Sequence record: NC_054922.1 | Origin: Escherichia phage vB_EcoM_KAW1E185 | Length of the DNA: 64,000 nt | Reading direction: 5' to 3' (one strand) | Shown here: positions 58,002-64,000 of the stretch, one piece after another | How positions within the stretch are numbered: the stretch's first letter is position 1 | How the letters are laid out: each line of letters starts with the position of its first letter | Translations under genes and position numbers: made by a program | Notes under the pieces: model-generated | The model's database searches: none | What the model was told of the DNA's origin: nothing | The model's input: the letters and a program-made list of their open reading frames with translations, nothing else

Positions 58002-58210
58002 TTCGGTTTACCTTCTTTAACGAAATCTGGATAAGGATAAAATCCCGAATAAAATCCTTCACCTTTATGATTGACGCATCCTTTATTAGAACAATAGCAC
58101 CAATAATCGAAATCACAAGCCATTTCATCGTTGCATAAAGCAAAAACAACCGGCCACTTACACTTTTCACAATGGGCATTTTTAAGAATACTAGTTTGGC
58201 TCATAACCAT
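57998..58210 (-). CDS. Cys-rich small protein (70 aa), likely zinc-binding
   Basis: eight Cys residues in CEKCKW...CNDEMACDFDYWCYCSNKGC. Confidence 0.45.
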   Translation of the reverse strand: MVMSQTSILKNAHCEKCKWPVVFALCNDEMACDFDYWCYCSNKGCVNHKGEGFYSGFYPYPDFVKEGKPK

Positions 58211-58413
58211 GTCACCTTTAAGCAGTATTCTTCTACATGCTGTTTACGACCTTTCTTATCAATAAAGGTATATTCAACGAATGTTCCAATGTAGTCTTTA
58301 TCTACATCATGTGGACTATTAATTGGACATTTAGTACGGCAAATGCGTTCCCATTGACGAATAATTACTGCCTTATTCTTTGGGTCATACGGATGTGGAT
58401 AATGTATATTCAT
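58201..58413 (-). CDS. hypothetical protein (about 70 aa)
   Basis: ORF track 58201..58428; ATG immediately after the macrodomain stop is the likelier start. Confidence 0.4.
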   Translation of the reverse strand: MNIHYPHPYDPKNKAVIIRQWERICRTKCPINSPHDVDKDYIGTFVEYTFIDKKGRKQHVEEYCLKVTWL

Positions 58414-58877
58414 AATAACGGTTCCCAATCAACAATCACAATTTCTAATTTAGAGGAATATGTATCTAAAATCCCCTCAATAATATCCCAGTTCCCTTTA
58501 CCTATGCCTGCACCAATCCTAGGCATATAGATTGTAGGTTTAATCAGTTTATTTTCACCAAACTCATTTAATTCTAACATACAATTCATTAAAGCGGAAT
58601 ACTCAAAATTTGGCCCCGGTTGAAATTGAGTATAAAGATTGAAGCAGTAAGCTTTATGAGTCCTAAAGTATTTTTCATAGACTGAGTAAGAACCGAGTTT
58701 AGTTACATCGCCCCATTCTGTCTGTAATTTATCAGCTTCCAAAATCTTAGGAAAAGCTTTAGCTAATTGACCAGCTACTCCTGATCCCATCGTGTGGAAA
58801 CAGTTACAGCCATGAGCGATATTTTTACCTTCAGCGAAAAGGGCGACAATATCGCCCTTGATATATTTTACAATCAT
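58410..58877 (-). CDS. macrodomain protein (ADP-ribose binding/processing, MacroD/YmdB-like)
   Basis: GDIVALFAEGKNIAHGCNC, GSGVAGQLAK and C-terminal IGAGIGKG motifs typical of macrodomains. Confidence 0.65.
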   Translation of the reverse strand: MIVKYIKGDIVALFAEGKNIAHGCNCFHTMGSGVAGQLAKAFPKILEADKLQTEWGDVTKLGSYSVYEKYFRTHKAYCFNLYTQFQPGPNFEYSALMNCMLELNEFGENKLIKPTIYMPRIGAGIGKGNWDIIEGILDTYSSKLEIVIVDWEPLL

Positions 58878-59221
58878 CTAGTACTCAATCCTCGATTATA
58901 AGAATCTACTAAACGGTCAACCATTGAATGACAAGCGGCTTTATCTTTCTCCTCCGCAACTGAACATTCTAAGGTATTCCACTTTTTAGCATATCGTTTT
59001 AATAATGTATCATTTTTGTATCTGCTTGATTTATCTCTTTCTCCGTCTTTATATGCATATATTAATTTCTGTGCAAATTCAGCTTGGCATGCTTTATTTT
59101 TCCCACAATAATCTGCCGCAGTGCGGTTTACATATTCTCTAATTTCAGTATATGATGTATCTGCTGATGCAGAAGCAGAAAATGAAATTAATCCTATACA
59201 TAAAACCAAAATTTTAGTCAT
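58874..59221 (-). CDS. vs: Vs (valyl-tRNA synthetase modifier)-like protein
   Basis: 115 aa with N-terminal signal-like segment; size and position match T4 vs. Confidence 0.5.
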   Translation of the reverse strand: MTKILVLCIGLISFSASASADTSYTEIREYVNRTAADYCGKNKACQAEFAQKLIYAYKDGERDKSSRYKNDTLLKRYAKKWNTLECSVAEEKDKAACHSMVDRLVDSYNRGLSTR

Positions 59222-59759
59222 TTACTATTTCCAAAAGTTTATTATTTTTAAGGTAATTAGCCTTTTCTAGGACTTCAGAAGCATATTTAGAACCAGCTTT
59301 AACATTCCATCCCGAATTATAAGAGGATATTGCTTTTCTTATATCGCCCTTATGTATATTTAACCAATAAGAAAGTTCAATGTACGCCCATGAAGCTGAA
59401 TTGGATCGTTTATTCAACATTCTTTTTATTTCAGCATCGGTCATATTATAACCAAGTTCCTTAACTCTTGCTCGCATAGTAGGCAAATAATTTTGGAACA
59501 TTCCATAGGCGTGATGCTTTGGTTTAGATTTTAAATTAACTCCGCCAGAGCTTTCTTGCCATAAAATGGCTGCCATTATATGACCTAATCCGCTCTTGTG
59601 GATATTTTTATGTGTTTTATATTTTCCATCCTTAGAAAATTGTTCCCCGAATTGATACGCGTAACGCATGTTATCGAGTTGGACATTACTGAAAGTATGC
59701 TCGGAGCTATGTGCCATCATTGAAATGGCCAATAGACCAGCGAGTAGTGCTTTTCTCAT
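59214..59759 (-). CDS. lytic transglycosylase-like protein (vs.1 position)
   Basis: signal peptide; QESSGG...GMFQ catalytic-region motif. Confidence 0.55.
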   Translation of the reverse strand: MRKALLAGLLAISMMAHSSEHTFSNVQLDNMRYAYQFGEQFSKDGKYKTHKNIHKSGLGHIMAAILWQESSGGVNLKSKPKHHAYGMFQNYLPTMRARVKELGYNMTDAEIKRMLNKRSNSASWAYIELSYWLNIHKGDIRKAISSYNSGWNVKAGSKYASEVLEKANYLKNNKLLEIVND

Positions 59760-59766
59760 GCTTACC

Positions 59767-60228
59767 TCATTGAGTTTTAATTACTGCTTTAGAAGCCTTT
59801 CCTGGTAAACGACGACTGTTAATAATTGCCATCCTACATTGAAGTGACGGGTCTTTGAACTTCTCATTAGGTTTACAAACTGTAAATCCAAGCCAAAGAT
59901 TTCCATCTGTGATTTCTAAACGTCCAGGACGATATTCAACCCCATCAATAAAATCCTCGTCAATGTCAGGACGCGGAGGCATACTCAGGAATTCATTAAC
60001 TTCTAAAACATGGTCTTTTATTTTATGGAATAATTCAAAAACATATGTCTCATCAATCTCCCGCTGAATTGCGCGATCAAGAAGATGCTGAGAATATTTT
60101 AGATGAAACGATGAGACCCCTGCTGCTTTTGATGCCTCACGAATCTCATTGTTAATTTGACGAAACTCCGACTCAAAGTGACGACGAAGCTTATTTCGAC
60201 GGATAAAAACTTCTGTATTGATAGTCAT
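59767..60228 (-). CDS. regB: RegB endoribonuclease
   Basis: 153 aa as in T4 RegB; position after vs. Confidence 0.7.
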   Translation of the reverse strand: MTINTEVFIRRNKLRRHFESEFRQINNEIREASKAAGVSSFHLKYSQHLLDRAIQREIDETYVFELFHKIKDHVLEVNEFLSMPPRPDIDEDFIDGVEYRPGRLEITDGNLWLGFTVCKPNEKFKDPSLQCRMAIINSRRLPGKASKAVIKTQ

Positions 60229-60255
60229 GTTGTTCTCCTCTTAACTGATAGAAAA

Positions 60256-60285
60256 ATTATACCACAGTCAAGAGGAAAAGTAAAC
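60256..60285 (-). promoter_or_regulatory. T4-type early promoter
   Basis: gtaaac 60280-60285; -10 TATAAT; 18-bp spacer; upstream of regB. Confidence 0.55.
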
Positions 60286-60287
60286 AG

Positions 60288-60566
60288 TTATTCTTTAAAT
60301 CTAATCAATTTATTCATAGACTTTGAAACTTCTGCACGAACCTCATGTAGATTTTTGAGCTGTTCAAGACGCTGCGTATAGTAAGCAATTTCATCTTCTT
60401 CGAGACAGTCCTGCGAATCTTCTTTAAGATAACGTGCATAGTCCTGGAAAGCGTTACGGACTACTTCCTGGAAGTCATCAAGACTTTGAATTTTCTTAGG
60501 AGCAGCAGACACACGACGAGGGGCAGTATAATACTCATAACCAAACCCTGCGCTTAATTGAGCCAT
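60288..60566 (-). CDS. hypothetical protein (about 92 aa)
   Basis: ORF track 60288..60608; internal ATG abuts the upstream stop. Confidence 0.4.
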   Translation of the reverse strand: MAQLSAGFGYEYYTAPRRVSAAPKKIQSLDDFQEVVRNAFQDYARYLKEDSQDCLEEDEIAYYTQRLEQLKNLHEVRAEVSKSMNKLIRFKE

Positions 60567-60832
60567 TAGTATTTTTCCTCTGGTTGGAACACAGCACGAC
60601 AAGCCCACATACTGGCTTCTTTGAGTTTCGTTTTAGCAATAGCTAACTGATCGAGGCTTTCAGCATAATTCTTCGCGAGTTCAAAGTCTTCGCAATCGTC
60701 CCACGCTTCCCAGAATTCATCGTATAAAGCGTCAAAGATAAGTCCTAAACGAACTTCAGCGTCTTTGATAGCATTCACTTTACCGATTTTCTCTTCAGTA
60801 TGTGGTTTATAACCCTTAATATCTTCAATCAT
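60566..60832 (-). CDS. hypothetical acidic protein (about 88 aa)
   Basis: ORF track 60566..60868. Confidence 0.4.
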   Translation of the reverse strand: MIEDIKGYKPHTEEKIGKVNAIKDAEVRLGLIFDALYDEFWEAWDDCEDFELAKNYAESLDQLAIAKTKLKEASMWACRAVFQPEEKY

Positions 60833-61046
60833 ATTTGACTTCCTCACCAGTACATAAATCATATTCAACTAAACGAATGGGTTCATGAATGCCATATCCC
60901 TGAACAGAAATTTCTGTCGTAGGATAAATTCCATCAATATCACCCATATTCCACGCTTCATTAAATTGCTGTTCACCTGAATTACTAAACCACTCGGCGA
61001 AAGCATTTAGCACATCTTTAGAACCTTCAATAATTATCTTTGCCAT
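60825..61046 (-). CDS. hypothetical protein (73 aa)
   Basis: ORF. Confidence 0.4.
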   Translation of the reverse strand: MAKIIIEGSKDVLNAFAEWFSNSGEQQFNEAWNMGDIDGIYPTTEISVQGYGIHEPIRLVEYDLCTGEEVKYD

Positions 61047-61408
61047 TACAAACTCTCGGTGAAGGTACGAGCGATAACGTCGCGCTGCTGTTCCGGAGTC
61101 AGAGAGTTAAAGCGAACTGCATAACCGGATACACGGATGGTCAGCTGCGGATATTTTTCCGGATGCTTAACTGCATCTTCCAGAGTTTCACGACGCAAAA
61201 CGTTAACGTTCAGGTGTTGACCACCTTCAATTTTAACTGTAGGTTGTGGCTCAATTTCAATTTCACGGGCATGCAAACCATAGAAAATTTCTGGGTCTAC
61301 AAAAGAGTCCTCTTTAAAGGTTTTAGAGACAATAATTCGTGCTTGAATACCATCTTCAAAATAAATAGTACCTTTATGTGTGCCTTCAAGAATTTGATAT
61401 GCTTTCAT
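61046..61408 (-). CDS. GrcA/YfiD-like autonomous glycyl-radical cofactor
   Basis: C-terminal ...[59 protein letters not shown] with RVSGY glycyl-radical motif. Confidence 0.7.
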   Translation of the reverse strand: MKAYQILEGTHKGTIYFEDGIQARIIVSKTFKEDSFVDPEIFYGLHAREIEIEPQPTVKIEGGQHLNVNVLRRETLEDAVKHPEKYPQLTIRVSGYAVRFNSLTPEQQRDVIARTFTESL

Positions 61409-61415
61409 ATAAACC

Positions 61416-61745
61416 TCAATTAGAAAATAAATTTATCCAAGATTGTTCTTTAATTAAAAATGGCTCAGAATCATATGCCATTAAACTTTGCGTAATTAAT
61501 CCTTTAAAAGGTCCATCAATAAATTCCATGGTAAAATATGGAATTTTATTCATTAGCCGTGCATTAGGAGCAGTGCACAAAACTCTGCATCCTTTGAATA
61601 CGCCTTTTTGTAATTTGTATTGCTTAGGATAAAATTCACTTAAAATGTTATTTTTTGCCAAAATTTCAAAATGATTCACCAATTTATTTTTAATAGTTTT
61701 TGGTGAAAAATAAAGATATTCAAAAAGTTGCGCATCTGTCATCAT
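61416..61745 (-). CDS. hypothetical protein (about 109 aa)
   Basis: ORF track 61416..61796; ATG just after the upstream stop. Confidence 0.4.
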   Translation of the reverse strand: MMTDAQLFEYLYFSPKTIKNKLVNHFEILAKNNILSEFYPKQYKLQKGVFKGCRVLCTAPNARLMNKIPYFTMEFIDGPFKGLITQSLMAYDSEPFLIKEQSWINLFSN

Positions 61746-62281
61746 TGCATTCCGATTACGAAAAACTGTGGACGAGTAATACCACCAATGCAACATTTAC
61801 TATTACAGCAGTAGTGTACAGTGTCAATATGGACACTATAAATCTTATCCATATCAGGAGATTTGACAGGCTCATCAATTATATACAAAATTCGCGAAAG
61901 CGATAAACCTCTGAACTTGCTTCCTTTATTACCAATAAAACTGCGCACAGAATCAGTAAATAAACGAAAACGTATATCATCATTAGAATAACGCGAAAAT
62001 TCCTTTTTGATGTTATTTGCAGAAATTTTAGCGTAAGCTGAAGTATTAGAAAGAACAATAACTGTTCCGCCATCATACAACCAATTAGCAGCAAAGTTAG
62101 TCACAGCAATTGATTTACCAGATTGACGTCCACCGTCTAGTCGAAGTGTGCAGTACTGTTTAAGTAATTCTTCAAATGGCGGGATATATTCGTTTTTACA
62201 AATTTCTTCTACTCTAGCATCAGAATGGTGTGTAAAAGCATTCATCAGGGATAGATAAGGACCAGTTAAAAATGTTCTCAT
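61742..62281 (-). CDS. P-loop NTPase (179 aa)
   Basis: Walker A GGRQSGKS and Walker B ILYIIDEP. Confidence 0.5.
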   Translation of the reverse strand: MRTFLTGPYLSLMNAFTHHSDARVEEICKNEYIPPFEELLKQYCTLRLDGGRQSGKSIAVTNFAANWLYDGGTVIVLSNTSAYAKISANNIKKEFSRYSNDDIRFRLFTDSVRSFIGNKGSKFRGLSLSRILYIIDEPVKSPDMDKIYSVHIDTVHYCCNSKCCIGGITRPQFFVIGMQ

Positions 62282-62421
62282 TTCTTCTCTCTAAGTTTGG
62301 GCCATTCCATGGCGCATGAATTGTCCATTTCTGTATTTACCCATTACCGCACTTGGGCTCGACCTTATTACAGGTTGGCGGGAATCCCTCATAGAATCAT
62401 GAGGTCCAGGTTGTTCCCATG

Positions 62422-62895
62422 TTATTTGAACGATTTAACGTACTGAATAGAACCTTTACTATTCACAAAGGCAATTTTACCATTTTTGTTATACATGGTA
62501 GCAGTACGTTGATAGCCATAAGTTTGTTTACCAGATTGATAACCAACTAATGCGAAATTATCTTCACCCATTTTATTCTGCTTAGCACGAATGCGTTCAT
62601 GACCATGTGCCATAAGAACCTTAGCATCACCAGTTGCAATGGATCTACGAGTTTTTTCATCTTCAACTGTATTAACAAAGTCGTCAAATGAATCAAATTT
62701 AGCATGAGATTTATTATACAGTTTTCCATCTACTGCATAATTATATCCTTGTACATCCATCTCAACTTCTGTACCATCATCCAGTACAGCAGTGATTTTC
62801 TGTCCTTTTTTAAATTTCAAAAGATCAGTAAAAGATTCAGCAATAATTTGAGAATTAATAGCTGCTTCAGTAATAAATTCTTGATATGTTTTCAT
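62422..62895 (-). CDS. internal protein (IP) with capsid-targeting sequence
   Basis: starts MKTYQEFITEA (T4 IP CTS is MKTYQEFIAE); located just before gene e as the ip genes are. Confidence 0.7.
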   Translation of the reverse strand: MKTYQEFITEAAINSQIIAESFTDLLKFKKGQKITAVLDDGTEVEMDVQGYNYAVDGKLYNKSHAKFDSFDDFVNTVEDEKTRRSIATGDAKVLMAHGHERIRAKQNKMGEDNFALVGYQSGKQTYGYQRTATMYNKNGKIAFVNSKGSIQYVKSFK

Positions 62896-62955
62896 GTGTA
62901 TCCTTTAAATGTAAATATTTTAATTAATAATTTATCTCTTCAAGTAACTGTGAAT

Positions 62956-62985
62956 ATACTATCACAATTCTAGGAGAAAGTAAAC
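62956..62985 (-). promoter_or_regulatory. T4-type early promoter upstream of the IP gene
   Basis: gtaaac 62980-62985; -10 TAGTAT; 18-bp spacer. Confidence 0.5.
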
Positions 62986-62989
62986 AACT

Positions 62990-63520
<531 letters not shown>

Positions 63521-63976
63521 TTAAAAGAGGTTGTTCATTATTCGGTAAAGTGAAGGACCCATCACATATTGCCACTGAGTACGAGGAATAAGAGCAAAAG
63601 CGTCCATCTCTGGAATCATAACGCCATCTTTATTTTCAAAATAAGACTCGCAATGGCAATTTCTGAACATCTCATGCTCTACTGGAATCGTATAATAAAA
63701 TAACTGTAAGTCTTTATTACTAGAATATTTAAATACACCTAGGTCTTCTAGAAGGTCTGGATTATAATTGCTAAAACCGGTCTCTTCTAAACATTCTCTT
63801 CGTGCTGCATCTAATGCGCTCAAATCAGAACATTCTACACGACCTTTTGGAATATCCCAGCGATGTGCCATCATTCCAGGCTTACGAGAACCAGTAACTC
63901 GTCCCATAAATAAATCTTTATCTTCTGTCATAAAGATAATACCAGCTGATAATGTTTTCATTTTAATTTCCTGCAT
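63521..63976 (-). CDS. nudE: Nudix hydrolase NudE
   Basis: 151 aa; Nudix box GRVECSDLSALDAARRECLEETG; adjacent to e as in T4. Confidence 0.8.
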   Translation of the reverse strand: MQEIKMKTLSAGIIFMTEDKDLFMGRVTGSRKPGMMAHRWDIPKGRVECSDLSALDAARRECLEETGFSNYNPDLLEDLGVFKYSSNKDLQLFYYTIPVEHEMFRNCHCESYFENKDGVMIPEMDAFALIPRTQWQYVMGPSLYRIMNNLF

Positions 63977-64000
63977 TCAGTGATAAAGCTATTTAAATTT

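Noticed and set aside
57994-58179. Minus-strand 61-aa ORF overlapping the Cys-rich ORF
   Set aside because: Alternative frame of 57998..58210, which is better supported by its Cys pattern and ATGA coupling.
62282-62421. Possible tRNA or small ORF in the GC-richer spacer
   Set aside because: No tRNA-like T-arm (GTTCRA) or cloverleaf; the only ORF (35 codons) lacks an RBS. Kept only as a structural observation.

Overview
This window is a T4-like (T-even, Tequatrovirus-type) phage early/middle region, running from rIIA (bases 1-2178) to nudE (63521-63976). Nearly every gene is on the minus strand, tightly packed and often coupled by ATGA/TAATG overlaps. Recognised core genes, in window order: rIIA, rIIA.1, a continuous gene 39 topoisomerase subunit, dexA, dda, modA, modB, soc, 56, 61, sp, dmd, 41, 40, uvsX, a glycosyltransferase at the beta-gt position, 42, imm, 43, regA, 62, 44, 45, rpbA, 46, 47, agt, 55, nrdH-like, nrdG, nrdD, 49, nrdC, rI, tk, vs, regB, a GrcA-like glycyl-radical protein, an internal protein, e and nudE. 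Regulatory signals are T4-typical: early promoters (GTTTAC, 18 bp, TATAAT-like), MotA-box middle promoters, TATAAATA late promoters, the gene 43 translational operator, and many GGGC-UUCG-GCCC-type hairpins after stop codons. No rRNA, tRNA, CRISPR array, intron or homing endonuclease was recognised. The most interesting part is the hyperplastic nrdC-tk interval (about 45.2-56 kb): a tandem array of four divergent coiled-coil paralogs, a P-loop ATPase, a Pol-beta-type nucleotidyltransferase, membrane proteins and a paralog pair. Other notable points are an apparently frameshifted rI gene, a macrodomain gene next to vs, a 45-bp direct repeat giving two adjacent genes the same C-terminus, and a small ORF with a capsid-targeting-like N-terminus. 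All identifications rest on reading the sequence and recalled T4 biology; no database search was run, and regulatory coordinates may be off by 1-2 nt.
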